Source of the DNA: a virus
Taxonomy: Duplodnaviria; Caudoviricetes
IMG/VR virus record: IMGVR_UViG_3300008120_000136
Span: 1 to 41,844 of that record
Direction: 5' to 3' (one strand)
DNA: 41,844 bases
Shown: piece after piece, positions 1 to 9,530 of the stretch
Layout of the letters: each line of letters begins with the position of its first letter
How positions within the stretch are numbered: position 1 is the stretch's first letter
Position numbers and translations under genes: made by a program
Notes under the pieces: generated by a model
Database searches by the model: none
Seen by the model: only the letters and a program-made list of their open reading frames with translations
What the model was told of the DNA's origin: nothing

Positions 1-399
1 ATCAGAGTATGGGATGGCACACAATGGCAAAATGTTGGCACTGCTTTGCCATATGCCTCTGTAACAATTAATGGAAATGAATTTAATTTATCAGATAATA
101 TAACAATACCTACTGGTCCTACCGCCCAAGCAGTATCATCTAATATTACAATGACAGCAAACTATAATTACTTTGTAGATACAACAGCAGCAAGAACTTT
201 AACTCTTCCTGCCAGCCCTACCCTAGGCGATACAATTGCAGTATATGATGCATCAGGGACGGCGGCAACAAATAACATAACAATAGCCAGAAACGGCAAC
301 AAGATTAATGGACAAACAGAAAATGCTATAATAGACGTAGATCAATCAGGTTCTATATTTACATATACAGGCGCTACGCTTGGTTGGAGGTTCGATTAA
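1..399 (+). CDS. 5'-truncated tail fibre/adhesin-type protein (C-terminal part)
   Basis: Frame 1 is open from base 1 (IRVWDGTQWQNVGTALPY...), so the TTG at 46 is not the real start. C-terminal TLTLPASPTLGDTIAVYDASGTAATNNITIARNGNKING is a common phage fibre motif. Confidence 0.7.
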   Translation: MRVWDGTQWQNVGTALPYASVTINGNEFNLSDNITIPTGPTAQAVSSNITMTANYNYFVDTTAARTLTLPASPTLGDTIAVYDASGTAATNNITIARNGNKINGQTENAIIDVDQSGSIFTYTGATLGWRFD

Positions 400-2003
400 T
401 GGCAATTAGAAAGTCATCAAATACAGGTATTCCTTTTGGTAATACAGCCAATCGTCCTGTCAATCCAGCAATTGGACAGCCTTATTTTAATGGAGAAGAA
501 CAAAGATTAGAAATTTATACAAATTTAAGTTGGCAGAATATTGTGGCGGAAACTCCAGGAGTTGTTTCATTTACTGGAACTGTATTAGAAACAAACTCTA
601 CAAATACGCTTGTAATTTCAGGAACAAATTTTGCAAATGGAGCAGTAGCGTATTTGATTGGTTCAGATGGAACAGAATATGCAGCAAATACAACAACTGT
701 CAATTCAATAGTTCAAATTACGGCAGTGTTTCCCGCAATTTCTGCATCAAAAGAACCATATGATATAAAAGTTGTTAATCCTTCTAATCTATATGGACTT
801 TTGCCAGACGCTGTTTCTATTAACGATAAGCCAGTATGGCAAACTGCCGCTGGATCTCTAGGAACATTTACAGAACAAACATCAATATCAGTTACTGTAG
901 CAGCAACTGACGAAGAAAATAATACTATGTCATACTCCCTTGCTTCTGGTTCATCTTTACCTTCTGGAATCACTTTAAATTCTTCAAGCGGTGTAATATC
1001 TGGAACTTTGCCAAATATTACAGCAAATACAACTTATACATTTACAATTAATGCATCTGATGGAATAAATTCTGGTGTTCCAAGAACATTTAGCATAACA
1101 TCAACTGCGGCTGAAGCCCCTACTGGTGGAACGATAACAACTTCTGGATCTTATAGATATCATACATTTATAGGAAATGGTACTTTTACCTGCTATGAAC
1201 CTACAACTGTAGAATACTTAATTATTGCAGGTGGAGGGTCTGGAGGAAATGCTAGTGGTAATACTACTGGTGATGCAGGTGGCGGTGGAGCTGGTGGTGT
1301 AAGAAGTAGTTCTATTAATTTAACTGCACAAGCATACAACATAACAGTTGGAGCTGGAGGAAGCTCAGTAACATCTGCAGGAACTTCTATTGTTGGAAAC
1401 AGAGGAAATAATTCATCAGCATTTGGTTTAAGCGCTACTGCTGGTGGTAGAGGAGGCGCAGATGCTGGTAATTCTGCAGCCTATACTGGTGGTTCAGGAG
1501 GCTCTGGTGGCGGCGGTTCTAACGGATGGGCAGGGGGAAGTGGTAACGAGGGAGGATACTCTCCATCAGAAGGTAATAATGGAGGATTTGGTGGACCTGG
1601 AGGCTCTGGTGGTGGTGGAGGCGCAGGTGGTGCTGGTATTAATGGAGCAGCTAGTGAAAGTTCTGGAACTGCTGGTGGTGGAGGAATTGGTACAAATTCA
1701 TACTCTTCTTGGCTAACAGCAATTGCTTCAGCTATGACAGGAGTATCTGGTTGGTCATCAGCTACATCTGGTGGATATATTGCTGGAGGTGGAGCAGGTG
1801 GTTCAGATTTAGAGCATCCAGTATCTCAACCTGGAGGTTTAGGTGGTGGTGGAGCAGGTGGAGCAAGAAATGGAGATAGAAGTGGTGTAAGTGGTATTAC
1901 AAATACTGGCTCTGGTGGTGGAGCTACATCATCTGCTGATTCTCAAAATGTTACTTCGGGTGGCGGCGGATCAGGATTAGTAGTTATTAGATATCAGGTA
2001 TAA
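399..2003 (+). CDS. Virion adhesin: N-terminal docking motif, IPT/TIG-like and putative Ig domains, glycine-rich C-terminal domain
   Basis: ATG at 399 overlaps the upstream TAA (TAATG). Motifs LVISGTNF..YDIKVVNP (TIG-like), LPSGITLNSSSGVISGT..YTFTINASDG (putative Ig) and IAGGGSGG...GGGGSGLVVIRY (Gly-rich). Confidence 0.75.
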   Translation: MAIRKSSNTGIPFGNTANRPVNPAIGQPYFNGEEQRLEIYTNLSWQNIVAETPGVVSFTGTVLETNSTNTLVISGTNFANGAVAYLIGSDGTEYAANTTTVNSIVQITAVFPAISASKEPYDIKVVNPSNLYGLLPDAVSINDKPVWQTAAGSLGTFTEQTSISVTVAATDEENNTMSYSLASGSSLPSGITLNSSSGVISGTLPNITANTTYTFTINASDGINSGVPRTFSITSTAAEAPTGGTITTSGSYRYHTFIGNGTFTCYEPTTVEYLIIAGGGSGGNASGNTTGDAGGGGAGGVRSSSINLTAQAYNITVGAGGSSVTSAGTSIVGNRGNNSSAFGLSATAGGRGGADAGNSAAYTGGSGGSGGGGSNGWAGGSGNEGGYSPSEGNNGGFGGPGGSGGGGGAGGAGINGAASESSGTAGGGGIGTNSYSSWLTAIASAMTGVSGWSSATSGGYIAGGGAGGSDLEHPVSQPGGLGGGGAGGARNGDRSGVSGITNTGSGGGATSSADSQNVTSGGGGSGLVVIRYQV

Positions 2004-2006
2004 CAT

Positions 2007-3752
2007 ATGTCATACCAACTTAAAGTAATCAAAGATTATCCAATCGGATTTTGGCCGCTTGATGAATCTTCTGGCACTACCGCCTCAGATATATCTGGAT
2101 GCGGCAATAATGGAACATATACAGGATCTCCTGCAACTAACATACTACCGCTTGTACCAGGCGGAGTTTCTGGAACACGTATTACAAATACAGCATATGT
2201 AACATTTCCAATTACTAAAGATTTTTATGGCGCAAATGTTGGGGCGGGATTCGGAACAAAATACACTTCAGATAATGACTTTACTTTAGAAGTATGGTTT
2301 AATCAATCTATAGAGTCTTCTAATGAAACACCTATTTTGGCGGATTCAACAAATGATATTGGTCTATTTTGGGAAAATGGAGATATCGTATTTAAGGTGT
2401 CTGATACAGAAAGCATTCGTCGTAAAGTTCTATACAGTAAAAAAGCTATGCATATTGTAGGGCTCTATTCTGTAAATGGAATTGCTCTTTATATAGATTC
2501 TGCTCCAGTAGCATCAAAATCTTTAACTGATTTTAAATTTACAAATACAACAATATCTCTTCAATCTGGTCCGACGGCAGTTTCTGGAGATACATTTATA
2601 GTAGATGCTCCAGCAGTATACAGGTATGCTTTGAGTCAAACATCTATTCGTAGACATTATGTGGATGGCAATATTACAGTTCCTGCTATTCATGTTGTAT
2701 ATCCAGACAAAGGTATATTATTTAGTGGGACAGACGTAAATATAAAAGCCCAATTTGATTATTCTTATCCAGTAAATAAGCCATGGGCAGACTTTGTAGA
2801 CGATAATACATACTACGATAATGCTAAAAATTATATAACATTTTATCCAACAGAAACTACCGAATCTAAAACATTTGTTATAAATGACTTTGTTTCAATT
2901 CCACAAACTATTGGATTAATTACATCTAAAGTAGAATGGCGGAATGATTTAGGAGTAGCAGTAGAAACAAGCGTAGACGGAATATCATATCTGCCTTGTT
3001 ATAATGGACAGCCGATTCCTCAGTATAATAAAGATTCATTTGATACAAGCGGAAAGCTTTATATTAGAATTACTATGTCTACAACAGATGCAAGTAAATT
3101 CTTGCCAAGGCTATCATTTTTCTGCATAACATTTTATTCAGATACTACAGTATATGCTGACAATTATGGAGATAAGATTACTTCAACTGAAGATTATTAT
3201 TTGGGATCATTAAATTATCCTATTTTATCCCGCCATTATATGAATGGAATTAGGGCTAAAAATGGAGCAGGATTTAATATGACTACAGCAATGTCTGTGA
3301 AGTCTGTAGAAATGCTCTTTACGCCCCTTACGTTGGCCTCTAACACCCTATTCTATGGTTCTAGTGGTACAACCACCAGATTCGCCTGGAATGGCTCTGG
3401 AGCAATTTCTAAGGCCAATATTGCCAAGGTATATATAAATAATGTAGATGTTTCGACGGCTACAAATATATCTAATTATTTAGTAGAAGAAGAACCACAT
3501 TATATTGTTTTAGTATTTACTACCCCAATTTCTGGCCCATTCCAATTTAATTATGAGACATCTGGGGGCCCAAGTAACCTGTATAAGAATATTGCTATTT
3601 ATGATTCTGAGTTAACGGCGTCTAAGGTAGAGACACATTTTGAGCTATATACAGGAAAGCCAGTAGAAACAGTCACAGAATCTGCCATCACCCTGACAGA
3701 ATTAGAGCCAGCATATTATAATAACGACTGGATTGTGCTACAAAGCATATAA
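2007..3752 (+). CDS. Concanavalin A-like/LamG domain virion protein
   Basis: N-terminal PIGFWPLDESSGTTASDISG..NNGTY, FTLEVWF, HIVGLY, LYID, AVYRYALS are LamG-type motifs. A second LamG-like unit lies at the C-terminus (IAIYDSELTASKVETHF). Confidence 0.7.
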   Translation: MSYQLKVIKDYPIGFWPLDESSGTTASDISGCGNNGTYTGSPATNILPLVPGGVSGTRITNTAYVTFPITKDFYGANVGAGFGTKYTSDNDFTLEVWFNQSIESSNETPILADSTNDIGLFWENGDIVFKVSDTESIRRKVLYSKKAMHIVGLYSVNGIALYIDSAPVASKSLTDFKFTNTTISLQSGPTAVSGDTFIVDAPAVYRYALSQTSIRRHYVDGNITVPAIHVVYPDKGILFSGTDVNIKAQFDYSYPVNKPWADFVDDNTYYDNAKNYITFYPTETTESKTFVINDFVSIPQTIGLITSKVEWRNDLGVAVETSVDGISYLPCYNGQPIPQYNKDSFDTSGKLYIRITMSTTDASKFLPRLSFFCITFYSDTTVYADNYGDKITSTEDYYLGSLNYPILSRHYMNGIRAKNGAGFNMTTAMSVKSVEMLFTPLTLASNTLFYGSSGTTTRFAWNGSGAISKANIAKVYINNVDVSTATNISNYLVEEEPHYIVLVFTTPISGPFQFNYETSGGPSNLYKNIAIYDSELTASKVETHFELYTGKPVETVTESAITLTELEPAYYNNDWIVLQSI

Positions 3753-3779
3753 AAAATACATCCAGCCTGACAAAAAAGC

Positions 3780-3808
3780 TGGACTTTGACTATAAAGAGT
3801 GGTAAAAT
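3780..3808 (+). promoter_or_regulatory. sigmaA-type promoter, probably giving a leaderless mRNA
   Basis: TGGACT (3780-3785), 17 bp spacer, TAAAAT (3803-3808) with extended TG at 3800-3801. ATG 3816 follows 7 nt later with no SD. Confidence 0.65.
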
Positions 3809-3815
3809 AAAACAT

Positions 3816-4142
3816 ATGAGTATTAAAACCACCACCATTGAAAATGAGACCCGCCTTGGAATATATGTCTGGGAAATGCCAGACGGACGGTGGATTGGTG
3901 ACGACGAAGGAAATTATCTATCAGTCACATCAATGAAAGGCAATAAGTCCAAGATCGATGCTCTTGCAAGAGAAGTTCGTTCTTATGGAATTTATGAGGG
4001 GCAGCCTAAGTTTTTGGAGGGCCGTAGAAAAATTGATGACGAAGAGTTTCAGTATCAACAGCAGAGACTTGAGTGGGGTTTGATCCCAGATCCTCTAGAT
4101 ATTGGTAACTATAAGGATGAAATGAGGAAAGCAAATAAATGA
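3816..4142 (+). CDS. Hypothetical protein coupled to the portal gene
   Basis: Start moved from TTG 3786 (inside the promoter) to ATG 3816. ATGA overlap with the portal start. Confidence 0.7.
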   Translation: MSIKTTTIENETRLGIYVWEMPDGRWIGDDEGNYLSVTSMKGNKSKIDALAREVRSYGIYEGQPKFLEGRRKIDDEEFQYQQQRLEWGLIPDPLDIGNYKDEMRKANK

Positions 4143-5575
4143 CAGCAGAGTTTATTGAAGATACAGATTCTCAAGAGATTGAGATTTCAAATGCTGCAGA
4201 CTGGGCAAAGTTTCATTCTCCAACAATTCAAAAAACAAACGACCCATTTAAGATTGAAGGCGAAGACCTTACTAAGGTATCTGGGCTAAGCCCAGCATTC
4301 CGTCGGAAGATGAATAGAGATCTTCAAAAGAAATTTTCTGGTATTGACGGAACAGGAACACAACAGAATTTATTGCAACAGGCTATCACAGGATATGCCA
4401 TGTTCGACCTTGTCGAACCTCCATACAATATGGAGTATCTGTCACAGATTTATGAAATATCTGCATATAACTATTCAGCAATCAATGCTAAGGTTGCTAA
4501 TATTGTAGGCCTAGGTTTTGAATTTATTGAAACCCGCAAAACAATTGAAGCAATGGATGGCATAGATAACGAAGTAGGTAGAACATCTGCAGGCAAAATT
4601 GGATATGTTGGACATATCCCAGCAAAGACAATGCGTGTTCGTCGTTTGCGTGATGGATTTATTCAATTGCTATATGGCAAGGCTGTATTCTTCCGTAATT
4701 TCGGAGATCAAGAAACTCCTAATCCAATTTCAGGCGGTCTAGATAGACCAAATGAAATTATTCATATGAAGAAATACACGCCACAAAATAATTATTATGG
4801 CATTCCAGATATCGTATCAGCAGCAAATGCTATGAGCGGAAACGAATTGTCTGCCAAGTACAACCTTGATTATTTTGAAAATAAGGCTGTTCCACGATAT
4901 ATTATTACTGTAAAGGGCGCAAAGCTCTCAACAGAATCAGAGCGTAAGCTTCTAGAATTTTTCCAGGTCGGACTTAAGGGTAAGAATCATAGATCTCTTT
5001 ATATTCCTTTGCCAGCCGATAGCCCAGATGCTAAGGTTGAATTTAAGATGGAGCCAGTTGAGGCAAATCCACAAGAGTCATCATTTAATACATATCGCAA
5101 GATGAACCGTGATGAAATTCTTATGGCTCACCGTACTCCAATTAATAAAATCGGAACTCCAGAAGGAATTAATTTGGCGGCAGCAAGAGATGCCGATAAA
5201 ACATTTAAAGAGCAGGTATGTCGTCCAGCACAGGATATTCTAGAGAAGAAACTAAATAGATTAATCTCAGAAATGACAGATGCTCTAGAAATTAAATTCA
5301 ATGAATTAGCTCTCACAGATGAAGACACATTGTCTAAGATTGATGAGCGTTATTTGAGAATGCAGGTAATTACTCCAAATGAGGTTCGTATCCGTAAGGG
5401 TATGGTTCCATTAGATGGTGGAGATGAGGTTGTTCAATTAAAGCCACAGCAACAGGCAGAAATTCGAGCCCAGGCTGGAAATACTAGAGCCAGATCTCAA
5501 GAACGTCAAAATACCCAGCCAGATATTTCTGGAGAGGGGCGAAATGAACAAGGGGCTGGAAGACAAGTCGAGTAG
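4139..5575 (+). CDS. Portal protein (HK97-like), apparently with an in-frame internal deletion near 4571-4576
   Basis: NEIIHMK..YYGIPDI..A, YFENKAVP.YII, EILMAHRTP..KIG and ITPNEVR..GM.PLDGGD are HK97-type portal motifs. Lies directly before the protease and capsid genes. Confidence 0.9.
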   Translation: MTAEFIEDTDSQEIEISNAADWAKFHSPTIQKTNDPFKIEGEDLTKVSGLSPAFRRKMNRDLQKKFSGIDGTGTQQNLLQQAITGYAMFDLVEPPYNMEYLSQIYEISAYNYSAINAKVANIVGLGFEFIETRKTIEAMDGIDNEVGRTSAGKIGYVGHIPAKTMRVRRLRDGFIQLLYGKAVFFRNFGDQETPNPISGGLDRPNEIIHMKKYTPQNNYYGIPDIVSAANAMSGNELSAKYNLDYFENKAVPRYIITVKGAKLSTESERKLLEFFQVGLKGKNHRSLYIPLPADSPDAKVEFKMEPVEANPQESSFNTYRKMNRDEILMAHRTPINKIGTPEGINLAAARDADKTFKEQVCRPAQDILEKKLNRLISEMTDALEIKFNELALTDEDTLSKIDERYLRMQVITPNEVRIRKGMVPLDGGDEVVQLKPQQQAEIRAQAGNTRARSQERQNTQPDISGEGRNEQGAGRQVE

Positions 5576-5593
5576 TCCTACTCAACCATTTAT

Positions 5594-5622
5594 TTGCCTT
5601 TTGATGTGTAAATAAATATAAT
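5594..5622 (+). promoter_or_regulatory. Promoter for the protease/capsid operon (leaderless)
   Basis: TTGCCT (5594-5599), 17 bp spacer, TATAAT (5617-5622). ATG 5630 follows 7 nt later with no SD. Confidence 0.75.
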
Positions 5623-5629
5623 TAAGCAT

Positions 5630-6961
5630 ATGAATATTGAGAAATCTTTGTGGTCCTCAAATGGCGATAACATCAGCCTTTCAGTACCATTTACAAAAGT
5701 CAACCGTGAGAAGAGAACTGTCTCAGGTTTTGCAACACTTGATAATCTAGATCAAACAGGCGATGTTGTAACAGCAGAAGCATCATTGAAGGCATTCGAA
5801 TCTTTCCGTGGAAACATTCGTGAGATGCACGGTTCAAATGCTGTTGGCAAAATGGTTTCATTTAAACCAGAAACATTTTATGATCCAAAGAGCGGCGAGT
5901 TTTATAACGGTGTATATGTAGACGCATACATCTCAAAGGGTGCACAAGATACTTGGGAAAAAATTCTTGACGGCACACTACAAGGTTTTTCAATTGGCGG
6001 AAAGATTGTAGACTCAGAAAACGAAGTTAATAAGTCTACAGGTAAGCCAGTAAGATTTATTAAAGAATATGCATTAATAGAATTGTCTGTTGTAGATTCC
6101 CCAGCAAATGAACTTTGCAATATCTTGTCCATTCAGAAAATGAATGGCCAACTTATTTTTAAGGGTATGGCGGCAGACGTTGTAACAGAGAACATTTTTT
6201 ATTGTGAGGATTCAGACTCAATATTCATTTCTACAGAGTCCTCATATAATTCTCCAGTTACAGGAAATCCAGCCACACTAATTGGTTGGGTTGAGTCAAA
6301 CGACACAAACAAGGCTAAAGAAATAGATAAAATTCTTGCTTCATTCAAGAAGTCAAGATTACCGTTGCCTGATACAAACACAATCGCAAAACAGGCAAAC
6401 GCAGAAGGAGGTAATGAAGTGTCAGAAAACACAGAAACAGTTGCAGCAGTCGAAGAGACTCCTGTAGCAGTAGAAGAGACAGCACCTGCCGCTGAGGCTC
6501 CTGCCGAAGCAGCACCAGCTGAAGCTCCTGCAGAAGTTGCAGCAGCAGAAGACGCTCCTGCCGAAACTCTGGAAAAAGCAGCCGACGTATCAGAAGTTAT
6601 GGTTGATGAACCTGATTTTGCAAAGATGCTCGGTGATCTTAAGGGATTCTTCTCAGATACGCTTGCAAAGGCATCTGAGGCAAACGCAGCGCAGGTTACA
6701 ACAATCAAAGAGACTGTTGAAACATTCAGCAAGAGCGTAGATACTCGTATTTCAGAATTGGCAGATCAGCATGCAGCACTTTCAAAGGCTGTAGAAGATA
6801 TCAAGAACACCATCGACACAGTCGAGAAGCGTGTTGACGCAGTCGAATCAGAGACTGCAATTAAGAAGTCCTCGGACCTTGGCGGGTCTCAGGAAGTAAC
6901 AATAAAGAAATCAAAATGGAACGGTTCTTTCCTCGGTTCCGTAAACGAACTCTTTAACTAA
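5630..6961 (+). CDS. Prohead maturation protease (HK97 family) fused to a C-terminal scaffold region
   Basis: RTVSGFA, IREMH (catalytic His), GFSIGG (catalytic Ser), ELSVVDSPAN. The C-terminal half has an acidic Ala/Pro/Glu linker and a coiled coil. Confidence 0.9.
   Translation: MNIEKSLWSSNGDNISLSVPFTKVNREKRTVSGFATLDNLDQTGDVVTAEASLKAFESFRGNIREMHGSNAVGKMVSFKPETFYDPKSGEFYNGVYVDAYISKGAQDTWEKILDGTLQGFSIGGKIVDSENEVNKSTGKPVRFIKEYALIELSVVDSPANELCNILSIQKMNGQLIFKGMAADVVTENIFYCEDSDSIFISTESSYNSPVTGNPATLIGWVESNDTNKAKEIDKILASFKKSRLPLPDTNTIAKQANAEGGNEVSENTETVAAVEETPVAVEETAPAAEAPAEAAPAEAPAEVAAAEDAPAETLEKAADVSEVMVDEPDFAKMLGDLKGFFSDTLAKASEANAAQVTTIKETVETFSKSVDTRISELADQHAALSKAVEDIKNTIDTVEKRVDAVESETAIKKSSDLGGSQEVTIKKSKWNGSFLGSVNELFN
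6419..6961 (+). CDS. Nested in-frame scaffolding protein (internal GTG start, 180 aa)
   Basis: AAGGAGGT at 6405-6412, 6 nt before an in-frame GTG at 6419, at the point where the sequence becomes acidic and coiled-coil. Confidence 0.7.
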   Translation: MSENTETVAAVEETPVAVEETAPAAEAPAEAAPAEAPAEVAAAEDAPAETLEKAADVSEVMVDEPDFAKMLGDLKGFFSDTLAKASEANAAQVTTIKETVETFSKSVDTRISELADQHAALSKAVEDIKNTIDTVEKRVDAVESETAIKKSSDLGGSQEVTIKKSKWNGSFLGSVNELFN

Positions 6962-6984
6962 AAAAGGTAGGTGAAAATAAAACA

Positions 6985-8031
6985 ATGAGCAATGAAACAT
7001 TAGAAAAAGCAATTGCAGCAGGTACAACTGCTACAGCTACATTTGCATCCACAACTGGTGGAACAGGTGTACACCGTGCTTCCGAAAACGGAAATGGCGG
7101 TTTGCTTAATCCAGAACAATCAGCTCGCTTCCTAGACTACATGTTCGACGCTACCGTAATTGGTAAGGTCGCACGTACTGTCCGAATGAGAGCAGATACA
7201 ACTGAGATTGATCGTATGTCAGTTGGCGAGAGACTTATGACTCTTGCTACTGAAGGAGACAATACTGGCTCAAACGCAGCAGTAACATTCTCCAAGATCT
7301 CTCTTACAACAAAGAAGCTTCGCTTGGATTGGGAGCTTTCAACAGAATCTCTTGAAGATAACATCGAAGGTGCAGATCTTGAAGATCATATTGCACGTAT
7401 GATGGCAACACAGGCAGGTAACGACATTGAAGACCTAGTTCTCAATGGAGATACAGCTAGTGGAACAACTTTCCTAACTGCATTTAACGGTGTAGTAAAG
7501 AAGGCTAAGACATCTGGTCGTGTTGTTGACGCAGCAGGCGCAGAAGTTTCTCGTGCAGTATTCAATTCAGCACTTAAGGCTATGCCTCGTAAGTACAAGC
7601 AACGTCGTAATGACCTTCGCTTCCTTGCAGGTTCAAACCTAATCCAGGATTTCTTGTACAAGAACAGCATCACTGCTGGTACAGCAAATCCAGAAGATAT
7701 CGCTTCAAGCGTTATCCGTGGACAGCAAGTAGCCCTTGGTGGTCCAGCAGGATTCGTAGCACCATTCGCATTCGGTATTCCGATTGTTGAAGTGCCACTT
7801 CTTCCTGAAACACAAACTGGAGATTACTCTGGAGCAGCTGGTTCACACGGCGACATCCACTTGACATTCCCAAATAACGTAGTTATTGGAATCAAGCGTG
7901 ACGTTACTGTTTACCGCTTCTTCTGGCCAAAGAAGGATAGCATTGAATATACAATGTTTACCCGTGTTGGCACACAAATCGAGCAGGCAGACTGCTGGGT
8001 TGTTGTAAAGAACGTTAAGGTCGCTTCCTAA
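6985..8031 (+). CDS. Major capsid protein (HK97 fold)
   Basis: GGLLNPEQS, FSKISLTTKKL..ELSTESLED, ED..LNGD, FGIPIVEV. SD AGGTAGGTG upstream and a strong terminator downstream. Confidence 0.93.
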   Translation: MSNETLEKAIAAGTTATATFASTTGGTGVHRASENGNGGLLNPEQSARFLDYMFDATVIGKVARTVRMRADTTEIDRMSVGERLMTLATEGDNTGSNAAVTFSKISLTTKKLRLDWELSTESLEDNIEGADLEDHIARMMATQAGNDIEDLVLNGDTASGTTFLTAFNGVVKKAKTSGRVVDAAGAEVSRAVFNSALKAMPRKYKQRRNDLRFLAGSNLIQDFLYKNSITAGTANPEDIASSVIRGQQVALGGPAGFVAPFAFGIPIVEVPLLPETQTGDYSGAAGSHGDIHLTFPNNVVIGIKRDVTVYRFFWPKKDSIEYTMFTRVGTQIEQADCWVVVKNVKVAS

Positions 8032-8052
8032 TTTATAGGATTTAGATCCGCT

Positions 8053-8091
8053 GAAAAGCCCCTAAATTAAATTTTGGGGGCTTTTCCTTTT
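8053..8091 (+). terminator. Intrinsic terminator after the capsid gene
   Basis: Stem GAAAAGCCCCTAAA (8053-8066) / TTTGGGGGCTTTTC (8073-8086) followed by CTTTT. Confidence 0.85.
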
Positions 8092-8110
8092 AATTTAACA
8101 ATGCTATAAT
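8082..8110 (+). promoter_or_regulatory. Extended -10 promoter overlapping the terminator
   Basis: TGcTATAAT at 8102-8110. The -35 position (TTTTCC, 8082-8087) falls in the terminator 3' arm. Confidence 0.65.
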
Positions 8111-8136
8111 TGAATTACTTAGAGCAAGGAGTATAT

Positions 8137-8535
8137 ATGTCATTTGAGACATTAAAAATAGCAGAACTAAAAAAGATAGCTGAAGATTTCGGGGTAGAAA
8201 TTGAAGGCTTAAAGAATAAAACTGATATTATTGCAGCACTCTCAGAAGAGGGAGTAACTTGGTCGGTATACCAAAAGACCGTACAGAGCCTAGAAGAGGA
8301 AGAAGATATGGCTATTGAAACACCAGTAAAGCCAGACACAAAGAAGAAGAATGCAGAAGACGCAGTTCTAGTAAAAATGGAACGTCAGAATTATAGTTAT
8401 CAAACACATGGCTTTACATTTACAAAAGAGCATCCTTATGTCGCTATGGACAAAGATACTGCTCAAGAAATTTTTGATAAGGAGGAAGGTTTCAGATTAG
8501 CAACCCCTAAAGAGGTTCAGGAATTCTACCACTAA
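8137..8535 (+). CDS. Small protein with an N-terminal helix-extension-helix (Rho-N/LEM-like) domain
   Basis: SD AAGGAG at 8126-8131 and ATG at 8137. LKIAELKKIAEDFGVEIEGLKNKTDIIAAL fits the HeH pattern often found after capsid genes. Confidence 0.65.
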   Translation: MSFETLKIAELKKIAEDFGVEIEGLKNKTDIIAALSEEGVTWSVYQKTVQSLEEEEDMAIETPVKPDTKKKNAEDAVLVKMERQNYSYQTHGFTFTKEHPYVAMDKDTAQEIFDKEEGFRLATPKEVQEFYH

Positions 8536-8549
8536 TCTAAGCCTTTGAA

Positions 8550-9530
8550 ATGGCAGAGATATTACTTAATTCACAATCTCCAGTAACACATCAGGTTTTT
8601 TGGAATGGAGATATAACTACAGCAGACTCTTTACCTATAGTAAAGTTGTTTGATGTTACAAATGATCCTGCTATTTCTCCAGCATTAAATCCGTCTACTG
8701 TATTGGCTACACTATATTCAGTAGCAGACGAAAATAACCCAGGGACCTATGTAGTGTATATTCCATATCAATATACAAATAGGAACAGGACTTTGCGTCT
8801 TCAATGGGAATATAACGTTGGCGGAACGGCAGTAACAAGATCTGACGAAGTATATGTCGTAACACCATATGTAGACTTTAACCATGTCCAGGATTTGGGA
8901 TTTAGCACAGATTCTTCTGATCCAAATTACAAGTCTTATAAAGAATTAGTCAGGGCAGAAAAATATGCTCGTAAGCAAATAGAGCAATATACTGGACAGA
9001 ATTTCTATTTATATGATGATCTATATGTAATATATGGATATGGTTCAGATGTTCTTCCACTTCCAGCAAAGATACATGAGCTTCATGAGCTCTATGCTAA
9101 TGATGATTTGCTAATTGATAATATTGAAGGTATTTCAAATCTAAGCTACAATGTAATTATTGCAGAAAGTGGATACGGAATTAGAATAGATAGATCTAGC
9201 ATAGTTGATAATACTGTATATACTGCAAATGGAATGATTCCTCCATCTATATATGATTATAGCGGAGTATTTAAATCAAATGTGCCTTATAAAATTCAGG
9301 GACGTTTTGGGTGGGAAAAGGTTCCAGATGAAGTAGAGTTGGCGGCAGTCGAACTAATGAAGGACTATTTTGCTAAGGATACAGTATGGCGAAATAAGTA
9401 CATAAAGAATATATCTACATTTGACTGGGATTTCGAATATACATCAGAAGCATATTCTGGAACAGGCAATGCCTATGCAGACAGACTGCTTGCTAATTAT
9501 GTAATGGTTAGCAAGGTAGAGATAATCTAA
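8550..9530 (+). CDS. Head-tail adaptor with an N-terminal Ig-like extension
   Basis: ARKQIEQYTGQNF and GRFGWEKVPDEVELAAVELM are adaptor-type motifs. Synteny agrees. Confidence 0.75.
   Translation: MAEILLNSQSPVTHQVFWNGDITTADSLPIVKLFDVTNDPAISPALNPSTVLATLYSVADENNPGTYVVYIPYQYTNRNRTLRLQWEYNVGGTAVTRSDEVYVVTPYVDFNHVQDLGFSTDSSDPNYKSYKELVRAEKYARKQIEQYTGQNFYLYDDLYVIYGYGSDVLPLPAKIHELHELYANDDLLIDNIEGISNLSYNVIIAESGYGIRIDRSSIVDNTVYTANGMIPPSIYDYSGVFKSNVPYKIQGRFGWEKVPDEVELAAVELMKDYFAKDTVWRNKYIKNISTFDWDFEYTSEAYSGTGNAYADRLLANYVMVSKVEII

Noticed and set aside
1430-1975. GGT/GGA-rich repetitive DNA as a possible array or diversity-generating retroelement target
   Set aside because: Explained by polyglycine coding. 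No constant repeat-spacer pattern, template repeat or reverse transcriptase was seen.
3761-3783. TCCAGC-N11-GCTGGA inverted repeat overlapping a -35
   Set aside because: Only 6 bp, no good T tract and no second copy found. Too weak to call.
6365-6393. TTGCCT upstream of the nested scaffold start as an internal promoter
   Set aside because: No acceptable -10 at 17 bp (AAAACA).
6199-6732. 177-aa minus-strand ORF and the many other minus-strand ORFs in the track
   Set aside because: They are antisense shadows of well-supported + strand genes, with no recognisable motifs and no evident SD or promoter.
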